Notes: generated by a model from the letters alone, not told the origin. A DNA stretch of 63,328 nt, filler included, from Conidiobolus incongruus B7586 (GCA_000697335.1; 11 parts of 11 records of this genome joined end to end with filler, not necessarily neighbours in it); one strand, 5' to 3'. Positions 39,370 through 53,855 are shown, counted from the whole stretch's first letter. A program made the numbers and translations.

Positions 39370-41394
39370 TTAATAGAGAAATTAAAAAATGGTAAATTTT
39401 TTAATTTCTGATGTTTCAAATATATTATATATCTTGAAAGATTATTAATATATAAAATATATAGGAAAATAAGTATTTTCAAACTATATATATATATATT
39501 CAATTTTAATTATTTTTTTATTAAAATATTTTTATTTTAAAATTTATATTTAAATATAATTATATTTAAACCAAATAATGATTATAAAAAGATTTTTATT
39601 TTTGTATCTTTAAAACTTAACTATAAACCCTCTTAAATCATTTAAAACTTATAAACAGCTTATAAAGATAGTATTTTATCTAAAACTACCATATATTACT
39701 AGATTTGTGATTTTAAAGCTAAAAGCAATATTATTTAATATTTGTTAAAATCTAAAAGATTAATTTTTATTGTTATTTTTTCACTGATATATAGAGTAAA
39801 AAAATATTTTAAAAAATACCTTTATATTTTATTTATACAATTATCAAAGCAATTTAATATTAATTATATATATATGTTATATATACTTAAGTTTAAATTT
39901 AGATTAATTAATTAAATTATAAAATAGATATCTTATAATTTAACAAAAGCTTAAAAAACTAGAGTAACTATAGCTAAATTAAATTTATCAAAGTATAACT
40001 AAAAACATAAGTTTTTTAGAGTAAATACTTATAATTGATAAATCTTAAATTCCTTTATAATCCTTTAACAAAAATAAAACAAAATGCTAAATTAAGTCAA
40101 ATTAATCTTTTTTATAAATATTAATAAATAAATATTATAAATATAAGTGAATATTAATTATTATAATGGATTATAATAATATATAATTTTCTTATTTAAA
40201 ACCTCAAGGAAATTTAATTAATAATAAATTATATATTAATTTTTTAAAATTAGTTATTTAATTTAATTATGCTTAAACCAAATAATAACCATCAAAAGTC
40301 TTTTATTTTAGTATTAGTAAAACTTAACTACAAATCCTCTAAACTTATTTAAAATTTACAAACAACTTTTAATAATGAAGCATTATCTAAATTAATAATT
40401 TATTACTAGGTAAATTATTTTAAGGTTAAAAGAGAAATTACCTAAAACCTACTAAAATCTAAAAGATTAATTTTAATTGTTACTCTTTTAATTGTTAATA
40501 AAATAAAAAATTATATTAAAAAACATCTTTTTATTTCAGCTAGAGAACTATCAAAACAATTTAATATTAATCACATAAGTATTTTATATATATTAAAGTT
40601 TAAATTAAAATTAATTAATAAAAATATAAAATAGGTACCTTATAATTTAACTAAAGCTTAAAAAAAGCTAAAGTAGCTATTGTTAAATAAAATTTACTAA
40701 GGTATAGCTAGAAACTAAAACTTTTACAGTAAATTATTACAATTGATGAATTTTAGATTTTTTTGTATAATCCTTTATTAAAACATAAATTAAAGTGTTG
40801 GATTAAGCTAAATCAACCCCCTTTATAAATTCCTTTAAATAAACACTTTATTGATAAATGAATGTTAATTATAATAATGGATTATAATAACATATGCTAT
40901 TTTTATTTAATTTTTAAAGGAAAATTTATCATTAGTAAACTTTATATTTCTTTTTTAAATAAAATTATTTCTAATTGGTATTCTTAATATAATTTGAGAA
41001 AACCTATTATTTTACATGATAATTATAAAATACATAAATCTAAAGTAATAAAAAACTTTCTAATTAAAAATAACTGGAAAAAACTACCACATCTAGTATA
41101 TTCCTTAGATTATAACCTATGTGATTATAATTGTTTTAGGTAATTAAAAAACCAGCTTATAAAAAAGAAAATTTCTACAGGAAAATTTAATTAGTTTATA
41201 AAACATCAAATTTCAGTCTTTAATAAAAAAACTATTTTTTAGGTGTTAGATCTTTACTAAAAGTATAGCAAAAAGTTATTAGAAATAAAAGAAATTATTA
41301 ATTTTATATTATATATTTATTTTTACTTTTTATATATTAAAATGTTTATTTTTTTTAATTGCAAAAAATTCCCATTTTTTAAATTACAAAGTAA
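39370..41394 (+). mobile_element. Two fused decayed mariner copies: truncated copy 39370 to about 40235 and near-complete copy about 40236-41394 (transposase 40269-41301)
   Basis: K*VPYNL (WVPHEL), IITIDEF*I, ILHDN-34aa-D with PHLVYSLDYNLCDY (YSPDLAPSDY) = DD34D; TIRs at both outer ends. Confidence 0.9.
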
Positions 41395-41429
41395 TATTTT
41401 TTATATAGATTAAAGATATTTATTATTTT

Positions 41430-41550
41430 ATATAATAGCTATAAAATTTATAAAACTAAAACTATAAAAAATTTTTTATAAAAAAAATTAAAAAGAGTTA
41501 TTATATTTAATATATTTACCTGATTATAACCTATATGATTATAATTGCTT
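41430..41550 (+). mobile_element. Mariner internal fragment
   Basis: Reverse complement of about 17950-18070 (YxxDYNLxDYNC region). Confidence 0.6.
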
Positions 41551-41650
41551 NNNNNNNNNNNNNNNNNNNNNNNNNNNNNNNNNNNNNNNNNNNNTTAATT
41601 AATTAANNNNNNNNNNNNNNNNNNNNNNNNNNNNNNNNNNNNNNNNNNNN

Positions 41651-42978
41651 ATACCATAAATATTTAAGTTTTAATCATCTTTTATTATTTATTTTAATCA
41701 AAGAAAAACTTAAAATCAATAAAAATAAAGAGTTTTATTAATTTATCTAATAAATCCTTAATATTTTCTTCTTATATTACTATAAAAACAAAGTTAAAAA
41801 AAATTAAAATAAAAAAAATATTTTTATATTAGATATATAATAACTATAAAGAAAACTTACTCATTAAATTTAAAAACTAATAAAAATATGATGAAAGTTT
41901 AAAATAGTTAAGTATATTAAAAAAACTTAAAGTTTATAGAAACTTTAAATTATTATATTAACAAATTTAAAAAATAGGTTGAAGAATAAAATTATAATAT
42001 ATTTTAAAAAATAAAATTCTTAATCTTTTTATATTTTTTAAAAAATAATCTTAGAAAAGTAATATAATTATAGTTTTAGAAAGAATAATAATTAACAATT
42101 GATATAATTATAATATAAAATATAAATTAATATAAATAGATATTAATAAACTAGTTAGTTATAACAATACATTAAAATAATAAAGTTACTAATTTCTAAA
42201 AGAATTAAAATAAAATAACATTTTAAAATAAAACTTGTTAGCTTTATTATTTATAAGTAATAAAAAATAAAAAATAGTTATAGAAAAAATAAAACTATTA
42301 TAATTAGTAGTACCTATAGATAAAATTGTAAATATAAAAGAAATTACTTAAAACTTAAAAAAATTTTATAGAAAATAAATATTAAAAGTATATCTCATTA
42401 ATAATTAAAAATAAACTATATAAGAAATAATATTATTTTCTATTAAAATAAAAAAAATAATTAAGGCTATATTAGATATTAATAATATTAAAATATTAAT
42501 CTTTTAAAATTATTTCAAAAGGTTAAGTTTAAAAAAAAACTTTAAAGTTAATATAAATATAAAGTTTGTTAAAAAAATAATATAAAAAAATAAATAATAT
42601 TTATAATGTTATAAGTTAAAGTAATAAACAAAATAATAAATATATTTGTAATTATATTAACTAAAAGTAGATATAATATACTAGTTAATATATTATAGTT
42701 AACTATAGCAAGTGTTATTTTAAATTTAAATAATAAATTTATAAAAGTAAATAGTTATAGATTTTATTAAAAAAGAATAAATAATATTAATTATATAATA
42801 ATGTTAGTAAAAGAAAACAAAGATAATAAATTGTTAGTTTTTATATCTTTAAAATTTAAAATAAAAGTGAGTAATAATAAAAGTATTTATTTATTTATTA
42901 AAAATCTTTTGTAATTTAACTTTATATTATTTATAAATTAATTATTAATTTAAAAAAAGATAATAGTTATTTTAAAAT
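41651..42978 (+). mobile_element. Extremely A-rich decayed retroelement gag-pol(?) remnant
   Basis: IKAILDINNIKILI near 42460 and DFIKKE*I near 42760 resemble a G>A/C>T-mutated aspartic protease (ALLDTGS...GREW). Confidence 0.3.
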
Positions 42979-43194
42979 NNNNNNNNNNNNNNNNNNNNNN
43001 NNNNNNNNNNNNNNNNNNNNNNTTAATTAATTAANNNNNNNNNNNNNNNNNNNNNNNNNNNNNNNNNNNNNNNNNNNNTTAAAATATTATTATAAAATAA
43101 TTTTATAATTTTAATTTTTTTTTATTTATTTCTTAATTACATAATAAATTAATATTTATATAATATTTTAAAATATTAAATTCTTTTATATATC

Positions 43195-44678
43195 CACTAG
43201 CCTGTAAAAGTGAGTTATAAAATAAAAATCACTTATATATTTACTTGTAATTTAAATAATTCTTAACTAAATTAATTTAAATTAAAGTATATAATTAAAA
43301 TATATTAGCTAATTATAATAGGTTGTATTTAGTTATATTTAATATATTATTGGTTAATATATTAAATTTGAAATTTTAAATAAGATAAGCTATAAATTTG
43401 CAGGTTTAAGAGTTAAAAGGGTATATAAAATAAAAATTATTTAAATCTTTTTTTCTTTGTTTAATTATATATATATACTAATATTATTATTGTAAATTAT
43501 TATTTTAAATAATATTAGTATTAAAATACTTAAATCCCTCTTTAAAAAGATTTACTTGTATATTAATCAACTCTATAATAAAGGTAAATCAACTTATAAG
43601 ATTATTGGAATTACTAGTATTAGCTAGTTTATTATAGCTAAGGTTGTTAAAAATTATAGTAAAGATATATTTAAACTTAAACTTAAGTGTGTTAAGATTA
43701 CAGATAAATATAATAAAAGGTATATTTATAGGTTAGTTAATATAGGTAAATATAATACTATTATAGAAGTATAAAAAGAATTACAAGACTATATAAGAAT
43801 ATTAGTTAGTATTAATACTATTATATATATTTTATATTGTAATAGATACCACTTATACTTTAAGAAAAAACAACCCTAACTAAAGAAGTCCTATTATAAA
43901 GTTAAATGGGAGTTTAAATATTACTATTAAAGTTAAACTAAAACTAATTAGAGTAAGGTTATTTAATTTAATAAAACTAAAATATATTTTAGTAAATTTG
44001 ATAAAAATGCTAAATGTTTTAGAAAAAACAAAAAACTACTTTGTAACCATTATGTTATTTTAACCTAAAAATATAATGATAAGTTAATTATAATTTAGAG
44101 ATGTATGTTATATTCTAGTATAAAATATTATTGTAAAGTTGATGGGGGAATTAATGCTGAAATATATTAAAATATTCTAAACAATGAATTAAAAAAACTA
44201 TTTAATAATATAGGTTAAATAAATCAGATGTTATTTTTCAACAAGATAATACTTTTTGTTATATTACTATTTTTATTTTAAAATAGTTTAAAAAAATTAA
44301 AATGATAGTTATAAAGTAGTTTCTTTAATCTTTTAACTTTAATCTAATTAAACACCTTTGGGATTAGTTAAAAAAAGTAGTTAAAGTTTTCCCACTAGCA
44401 AAAAATTTAAATAAGCTTTAAAAATATATTTAAGAAGTTTAAAACAAAATTAATCCTTTTTAATATAAGAAGTTAGTTGACTTTATACCTTATAAACTTA
44501 AGGAAGTTAAAAAAGCAAAAGATAAATATATTAAGTTTTAATTTTCTTTCTATAATTAAAATACACAAATTTATGACTCACTTTAGGTAAAATTTAAACT
44601 TTAATATATCAACTAAAAGTTAATATAATTAGATCAAATATATTTAATTATGAATAAATAATATAAGTTTATTATATG
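43195..44678 (+). mobile_element. Tc1-family copy D, right end in gap
   Basis: TIR CACTAGCCTGTAAAAGTGAGTTATAAAAT; decayed DD34E transposase (FQQDN, KHLWD). Confidence 0.92.
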
Positions 44679-45183
44679 NNNNNNNNNNNNNNNNNNNNNN
44701 NNNNNNNNNNNNNNNNNNNNNNTTAATTAATTAANNNNNNNNNNNNNNNNNNNNNNNNNNNNNNNNNNNNNNNNNNNNTATAAATATTAAATATTATCAA
44801 ATAACAGAAAATTAATCTATAATTTTTATATTATTTAATACCTAAAATATAATAGAAAGTTATTTATAATTTAAATATATATATTATTTTTAAATCTAAA
44901 ATATCTTTATAAAGATAATAAAAAACTAATATTATGATATATTAAGGTATATATAATAAATTTAATAAATCATTAAGTGATATAAATTAAATATTTATAA
45001 ATTTAATTAACAAAAGTAATTAAAGTCTTTAATTTAATAAAAAATTTAAAAAATCATTGAAAGTGTATGTAATAAACTTAAAACTTAATTAATATTTCTT
45101 ATTACAAATAATTAATTTTATAACTCAAACACTAAATTAGATAAAAAAAATAAATATAATAAACTTGAAATTTTTTTAATAAA

Positions 45184-45770
45184 TGTCGCATCCTGTTCCT
45201 TCGGATAAACAAGATTAAGGAACCAGTCCCGTGAATCATCACAAGGACACACATTGCACAGCCACATCCCTGCAAACTCTTAAAATACCTTTAAATATAC
45301 CAGTAGCTTCTATCATGGAAGCTTGATTTTGGTTCATATTCAAAATTCACAACTCTAATACCAACTATCCTCTCCCATATCTAACACTTCCAAACGTAAC
45401 CCCTCTGCCTTGGTGTTACTTAAATCACCCACCAATTTATCACAAGTTATACCATACTACTCACTTATCTGAATAATAAAATCTATTCTGCTACAATTTC
45501 TTTTCTTATTTAGCTTTACTCACTATTACATAATTTTATAATATGTCTCTCATTCGTTCTAATCTCCCCAATTTCCAGTTAATCCCATATGATGAACCCA
45601 ATCGGATGGCCATTGCGACCCAACTGGTCCTCATGGCCCCTAGAGTTGTGGATCACATAGTCACTTATATCTCCGACCATCATGGCGAAATATTAGAGCT
45701 GGCATTGATACCCCTAGCTAATCTCGTTACAATAACCAAAACTTGTGAATTTATGGCTTATCTTAAATAA
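45184..45770 (+). mobile_element. About 600-bp dispersed repeat copy 3 with intact 75-aa ORF (45543-45770)
   Basis: Starts TGTCGCA; palindrome 45195-45223; ORF homologous to copies 1 and 2. Confidence 0.6.
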
Positions 45771-46195
45771 ACTCTAAATGTTAAATTATTAATTCAAAAT
45801 TAATATAATTTAGTCAAATTTATTTCTATATTAATAAATATTATAACTTGATTTTATAATTTAATTTAAGCTGATTTAATTAATCATCAATATGATTACT
45901 AATAAAAATTTAAATTAATTAAATTTTATGACTCATTTTTATAAGGTAATAAATATCAGATTAACTATTAACAACTAGGAATATAAATATAATTTAAATA
46001 TTAAAAATTTAAATTATCATGATATATATATATATATATCTATTTTGTGATTTAACTGATGGAGTGAATAAATGATTTGTTAAATATATTATATTAATAT
46101 TAAGAAATATAAATTCTTGAATAAATAGGTGTAATTATTATTATAAGTTTTAAAGCCAGAATTTTCTAAAAAATACTATAATTAAAAATTAATAA

Positions 46196-47156
46196 AATGA
46201 GGGAGTATTTTAACTCCTTGTTCTAAGAACTAGTGATATTCTAGATAATCTATTTTATAAGCTATTGTTTGATAAGTTTGAAATATTTAAATTATCTGAC
46301 TTTCCTAAATAAACTTCTCCTCTATTTCTATTAACTTTAACTTTACTCTTTCTTTATCTTTTACTTACCTTTTTAGCTCTTTTGCTTGATACTTTATATC
46401 CTTTTACAGGATTCCTCCCAATGGGGTAAGTTTAAACCTTAACAAGTGGTGATTCCACCAGGGATTACTACAGACATCTTGAGAGTAGTTAATCCAGTTA
46501 AGATAATCATCTAATTTGTGATATCTTACCTTATACCTTTATCTCAAGACTTCTATGTTTTTTTTCTTTACCCTACCCATTCTAGAATTTTTACATAGTG
46601 GGTAATAATCCTAAGCTTATAAGCTTTTGCTTAAGTTATTAATCCCATACCTTCAAAGCTAGTCCATTCATCTTTTTGTGAATTACTAGGTTAATATATC
46701 ACCTAGCTTTTGTTTATCTCTTTTTATTTGAATTTATCATTTTGTATATATTTATTATTTTGTCTCTAAATACTCACAACCTACCTATTTTTTTGTTTCT
46801 CTAGTAGTGTGATGAGTGTGGGGATATTCTTTGCTTTTCAGCTAATTATCAAATCAAAAGATCTTTGATTCAAGCTAGATAGAACTTCAGCTTTGAAAAG
46901 ATAAGATAATGAGGGAGTATTTTAACTCCTTGTTCTAAGAACTGGTGATATTCTAGATAAACCATTTTATAAGCCACTGTTTAATAAGTTTGAAATATTT
47001 AAACTATCTGACTTTCCTAAATAAACTTCTCCTCTATTTCTATTAACTTTAACTTTACTCTTTCTTTATCATTTACTTACCTTTTTGGCTTTTTTGCCTG
47101 ATACTTTATATCCTTTTACAGGATTCCTCCCAATGGGGCAAGTTTAAACCCTAACA
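46196..47156 (+). mobile_element. Internally deleted LTR element: 249-bp direct repeats (46196-46444, 46908-47156) ending AACA, PBS after the first
   Basis: Near-identical repeats 712 bp apart; TGGTGATTCCACCAGGGATT at 46447 resembles the complement of a tRNA 3' end. Confidence 0.7.
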
Positions 47157-47798
47157 AAAGATATACCACTTTATTTATTATTTAATTTTGTTTAAATATT
47201 TATTTTAGAATGCATCTTTTATTATAAATATTTACAATATTAATAATTAAAAAATAACTTATTTTTAAAGCTATTTATGATGTATTTAAATAGCTATATA
47301 TAAAACAAAAATTAACAAAGTTTTTTTACTAATCAACACATTTTTATTACAAAATCTATGATATTGGTTAAATATGAATTTTTATAACCTTGATTTGTCT
47401 GATTGATTAAAGGGTTTTATTTAACGAAAGAGTTTTAATAATAATTCAACTTTATATTTGAAAATTAAATTATAAAAACCTATGTAAACAGGTTAGGTAA
47501 TTATCGTTAGTATGGAGTTTTGTTTTTAGAAAACAAGCAAGTTATTAACTATAATAATCCAATGTATTCAATTCAATTGTTATTTTATGTCAAAATTTTA
47601 CTAAATTTATTTATTAAACCAGAGATTATAATTAATTTTTACCACTTAATAATATATTATATATAATAATAAAACTACGATGTTGATATATATATATANN
47701 NNNNNNNNNNNNNNNNNNNNNNNNNNNNNNNNNNNNNNNNNNTTAATTAATTAANNNNNNNNNNNNNNNNNNNNNNNNNNNNNNNNNNNNNNNNNNNN

Positions 47799-48593
47799 AA
47801 ATAAAAATTTATTTTAATAGATTTAATTAAAAAACTAGATATTTTAAAAAAGATATAAAATTATTTTATTAATATTATGTTAATTTTACTTATAAATATA
47901 ATAATAGGTAAATTATTATTTAAGGATATATAATATCTTTAAGTATAAAATATCTTTATAAAATTAATAAGGGAAATTAATATTCAGATATATAAAAATA
48001 TTTTAAATAAAAATTCAAAAAAATAATCAATAATATAAGTTAAACAAATTTAATATCATTTTCTCACAAAATAATATCTTTTCTTATATTTTAGCTTTTA
48101 TTACCAAATAGCTTCAAAATCACAAAATAATAGCTATAAAATAGATTCTTTAATTTTTTAACCTTAACTCAAATAAATACCTTTAAGATCAGTTAAAAAA
48201 AGTTATTAAAGCCTTTCTTTTAATAAAAGATTTAAATCAGCTTTGGGAATATATTTAAGAAATATAAAACAAGATTAACCCTTTTTAATATAAGGAGTTA
48301 AATAATTCTATATCCCACAAATTTAAAGAAGTTAGAAAAATTAAAGATAGATATACTAAGTTTTAATCTTTTTATCACTATAAACCTATAAATTTATAAA
48401 TCTCTTTAGGTAAAATTTAAGTGTTTATATTTTAACTAATTAATAACTAAATACTATCATTTAATAATCTATATTATTAATAAATATAATATATTTTAAT
48501 TATTTAATTTAGATTTTTTTATTAAATATTACTTAAGTTATTAGTAAAAATATAAGTGTTTTTGATTTTATAACTTATTTTTATAAGTTAATA
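47799..48593 (+). mobile_element. Tc1-family copy E, 3' half
   Basis: Aligns to the transposase C-terminal half and right TIR (TTTTGATTTTATAACTTATTTTTATAAGTTAATA). Confidence 0.85.
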
Positions 48594-48715
48594 TATAATA
48601 AAGTTTAAAAAACTTGTTATTTTCTTGTTTTAAAGTTAAAATTAATCAATTAAAAACTTAATTAAAATATTAATAAAAAATTAAATTTCAAATTTTATAA
48701 CTTTAACAAATATTA

Positions 48716-50284
48716 CATTAGCCTACAAAAGTAAGTTATAAAATCAAAATTACTTACATATTTACTTATATCTTAAATAATTCTTAATTAAATAAATTTA
48801 AATTAAAATATTTAATTAATCTATATTAGTTGATTATAACTAACTATATTTGATTATATTTTATTAACTATTGGTTAATATATCAAAACTTAAAATTTAA
48901 CCAAAGTGAGTTATAAATTTATAAGTTTATATATTAAAAAGGTATAAATAACAAAACTTAAATATATCTTCTTTTTCTCTTATTATATTTTATATATTAT
49001 AAATCTATAAAGCTAATATTTTAAAATTAATATTATAATACCTAAATCTTTCTCTAAAAAAGTTTACTTATATATTAATCAACTTTATAATAAAAATAAA
49101 TCAACTAATAAGATTACTAAAATTATTAATATTAGTTAATCTATTATAGCTAGGGTTATTAAAAATAATATTAAAAAAACACTTAAATTAAAACTTAAGT
49201 GTATTAAGATTATAGATAAATATGATAAAAAGTATATTTATAGATTAATTAGTATAGGTAAATATAATATTATTATAGAAATATAACAAGAATTATAAAA
49301 CTATATAAAAATATTAATTAGTATTAATACTATTATATATATTTTATATTAAAATAGTTTTTGCTTATATTTTAAGAAAAAACACCCCTAACTAAAAAAG
49401 TCCTATTATAAAGTTAAGCAGGAGTTTAAATGCCTACACTAAAATTAAACCAAAACTAAATAGATTAAAATTATTTAATTTAATAAAACAAAGATATATC
49501 TTAATAAATCAAATAAAAAAGCTAGATATTTCAAAAAAAATAAAGAACTATTTTATAACCATTATGTTATTACAACCTAAAAATACAATAATAAGTTAAT
49601 TATAGTTTAGGGATATATATTATCTTTAGGTGTAAGGTATCTTTATAAGATTAATAGGGAAATTAATACTAAGATATACCAAATTATTGTAAACAATAAA
49701 TTGAAAAAAACTATTAAGTGGTATTGGTTAAATAAATCAGATATTATTTTGCAACAAGATAATACCTTTTGTTATACTACAAATTCTACTATTAAATAGC
49801 TTAAAAATAACAAAATAACTATTATGAAATAGCCTCTTTAATTTCTTAATCTTAACCTAATTGAATATCTTTGGGATTAATTAAAAAAATTAATTAAAGC
49901 TTTCCCCCTAATAAAAAATTTAGATTAACTTTAAGAGTATATTTAAGAAACTTAGAATAGTATTAGTCTTGCTTAATATAAGAAATTAGTTAACTCTATG
50001 CCCTATAAACTTAAAAAAGTTAGAAAAACAAAAGATGGATATATTAGATATTAATTTTCCTATCAATATTAAAACTCACAAATTTATTACTAATTTTAAA
50101 TATATTTTTAATTTTAATATATCAATTAATAATTAATTAAATTTAACTGTATATATTATATAATAAATAAAAAATATATATTAATTACATAATTTAATAT
50201 AAATTTCTTTAAATTAGAATTGATCAAGATATTAATAGAAATATTTATATTTTTAATTTTATGACTCATTTTTGCAGGTTAGTA
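48716..50284 (+). mobile_element. Tc1-family copy F, full length (about 1.57 kb), TA target-site duplication
   Basis: TA-CATTAGCCTACAAAAGTAAGTTATAAAATC ... ATTTTATGACTCATTTTTGCAGGTTAGTA-TA; decayed transposase inside. Confidence 0.92.
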
Positions 50285-52111
50285 TATATCAAAAAATTTA
50301 GTAAAGTTATTAATATCTTAAAAATAGCTATTTTTTTAAAATATATATTAATTAAATTTAATTTAAATTATAAAATTATATTGTTCTTTAGAATATAAAA
50401 TAGTTTATATTATATATATTTATTATTAAAATATATATTACAAAGAATAAATTTGATAGAAATTCTAAATCTATTCTATATAAAAAAATTAACTATTTTT
50501 CTCCTTTATTTTATATTATCCTAATTTTGAAACTATAATAACTATATTATTCTAAAATTGAACTTAAATAACTTAAATTATTTTGATATGATTTATTTAT
50601 TTTTTTTATTTAAAAGTTTCCTTCTGATATCATGTATCCTCTTAGTTATAGTGATAGTTGATAAACATGAATGAAATAATATCAAAGATAAATTATAGAG
50701 ATATTAAAATAAAAGAGAAAAAATATAAGGAGTTATAGTAAAAAATTGACATTATTTTTATTATTTTTTTCAAATTTATAAATATACTATGGTTAATATA
50801 AATAAGAAAAAATTTGTTGACTAACCTTATATAATATTTTTTAAATCATATTTAGTAATCTCATATAAAATTTTGCAAATAAAATAACTTATTTAATTCT
50901 TATATCAAGTTTAACCAGTTTATTCATTTAGTTTGATAATATATAAATATAAATTATTTGTAATTATTACAATAAATCTCAAAATTCATGATTATATTCA
51001 AAATATTAATTTTTTTGTATATAAAATCGCATAATATATGTATGTTGAACATATGTATCAGAAAGAGAAGTCACGTTCTTGTTAATAGATGATGCTTTGA
51101 TTAGCTGCAACTAGTATTTTAGTTGTATTTTTTATAATATAATTACATGTTGTTTTTTTTTAATAATAAAGACACCCTCTATCACTCTTAGAGTTCATAC
51201 ATATTATTTAAAGTTACTGTTAATCAAATCTGTATATTTTATCTATTTATAAAAATGACTTCCAATGATATGAATTCCAATATAAATTTTAGCCATTTTA
51301 AAACCTATGGGACTATAAATAATGGAATTTTACAACAATTTATATAAAAATAAATCATAAAATATTGTATGATTTGTCAATTCTTGAAATAATATTTATG
51401 AATTGAAATAAAAATCTTAGATATTAAATTTTTCATTCAACTTAATAATGTTGAATATTTCATATTTAACCAAGTGTGTATTTGATATAGTATAATGATT
51501 TTAAGGATATATTTCAAATGTATATAATTAAAGAAAAATATTTTAATTGTGATTAGATATCTTAAAATAACTAAATATTCAATTATTAAAGTTTTGTTTA
51601 CTGATATAAATACAAAATACGCAAACTTATTATAATATATAGATTAATATTACTATCAAAGTTTTACAATTATAGTAATAATTATTACAATTATAAATTA
51701 TTTTTATCAAAATGAATATAAAATTTTGATGATAAAAATTTCCGAATTTATAAAACTTTAAATTGATGAAATAATAAGTTTGAAATCGAATTTATGAGGA
51801 ATTCAATCTGCTAAATTTTAAAGGTGTTTCAAGATCTTGGTACGGGATTAATCTAATATTATCGTCGTTGGTTCAAGTTTTATCATTCTCATTTCTATAG
51901 TTCATTAATTTGAAAATATGTTACCTTGATACTATATAAATACTAACTTTCCTTTGGATATTGGTTGATATCTTGTTTTTTCATTCATTTGAAGGAGGAG
52001 TACTGTAATAATCCCGTAGTTGATTCTTTAATTGTGATAAACTTGGAAAACAAACATTATCTAAGATTTTTTGATTTACTTTTGATTTGACACCATAGAT
52101 ATACTATAATA

Positions 52112-53132
52112 ATGAAATTGGTATCGTCTCCTATACTTCTATGTTTAGTTATTGGGTTGGTATATGGAAGAGTGGTGAATCATTTTCCTTTACGAACAAT
52201 GAGGGATGCTGGTATTGAAAATTCTTCAAATGTTCCAGCTGCTCCGGCTCCCGCTACAGATCCAGCACCTCCTGTTTCATCTGTGCCACTCATGCCTGCT
52301 TCTTCGGGTGGAATTCAAAATAATATAGCCCCAGCTCCTGCACTTCCTCTACCCTCTACTACTACAGACACTCGTGCTCCGCCAGCTCCAGTTCCTGCTC
52401 CATTACCGGCACCAGCTCCTGCCCCAATCCCGGCGACTCCACAGGTGTCAGCACCTGTAGTAGCTCAATCGATTCCTGGAATATCCAATCGCCCTCCAGG
52501 CACCATTGATCCTTCATTAATCCCAGTTGGAGCTGCTTTAAACACCCTTCCACCTGAATTCGTCCAATGGTTAATTACAGCATCACAAATTAGACCTCCT
52601 GGTGATTCTATCAACCCAGCGAATGCGCTTAATGCTCCTGCATCAAATTCACCAGGAAATCCTCAGCTATTCCCACTTCTTCCAGCAGGTGTAACACCAG
52701 GAACTCCGGGTGTTCCAACTGCCAATGTACCTGCCAATCCCGTCGATATGCTTCACGGAGCAGCTAACCAAATAGCCAACCCCACAGACAATGCGAACCC
52801 AACGCCGACGAACGCCAACGCTCCAAGTGCTACTAATAATAGTGATAATAATAACCCAGCACTAGTGGATGGATCAGATCGTCCTAAAGATGCAGTATCT
52901 AACAATACTCAAATAGACGGTACGGATAATGGAAGCAATGGCAAAGGTAAATTGAAACATCTCATTCTATGATCAAAACATACTAACATAATAATTTCTA
53001 GATACACCCACCTCATCCAACACACGCAGTAAGACTGGATCAACTGAAACCACATCCAATTCCATCTATCTCATTCCTAACAAATATGTAGTGGGTGTAA
53101 TACTTACTTTGTCAATTGGTCAACTATGTTAA
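52112..53132 (+). CDS. Secreted Pro/Ala/Asn-rich, probably GPI-anchored surface protein, about 321 aa; exons 52112-52946, 53002-53132
   Basis: Signal peptide MKLVSSPILLCLVIGLVYG; PAPA repeats; intron GTAAAT...TACTAAC...TAG; exon 2 ends TETTSNSIYLIPNKYVVGVILTLSIGQLC. Confidence 0.82.
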
Positions 53133-53855
53133 TTATTATAATGAATATTTTTAAAATTCGATAAATTTCATTAATTAATATATTTTTAATATATAATAAC
53201 TATGAATATAAATTTTATAATTAATAAATTGTGTAATATAATTAATTTAAATTTTAAATAAAAATTTTTAGAGAAAAACAAGGCTGATAAATTAAAAAAT
53301 TTTATAATGTTTCAAATTAAATTTCCTCAATTTCGAATATTAATCCGAATTTTTTATGATCGAAGTTTTATTGATTGAATAATTTGATAGATTTTATTTA
53401 AGATCTTCATTAAAGATTTTTAAATTAATTTATGGATTCAATTAATAAATATATTATTTCAAATTGGTTATACGTTTTATATGTCATTTTTTTATATTTT
53501 AGAGAATATAGATATATATAATTCGATATTTATTATTATTAAATTTTACATAATTCAAAAGAGTTATTTTTCAATTATATTGGTATTAAATATTTCAAAA
53601 AAGTTAACTCATGAAATAATAATTAGCATATATATACAAATAAACGAAATTATTATAGTATAAAATTATATATGAAGTAGTAATTATTTTAAATATCAGA
53701 CTACAAAATCCTAGAAATAGATTTAGTAATATTATATTTTGACTATTTTTAAATTGAATAAAATATGAACCAGATATTTTATTACAGACTGATAGAGAAT
53801 TGTAATTAATTTTTGTACTCGGTGTGAATGAGTACTCTGATAACAATCGCTGGGT

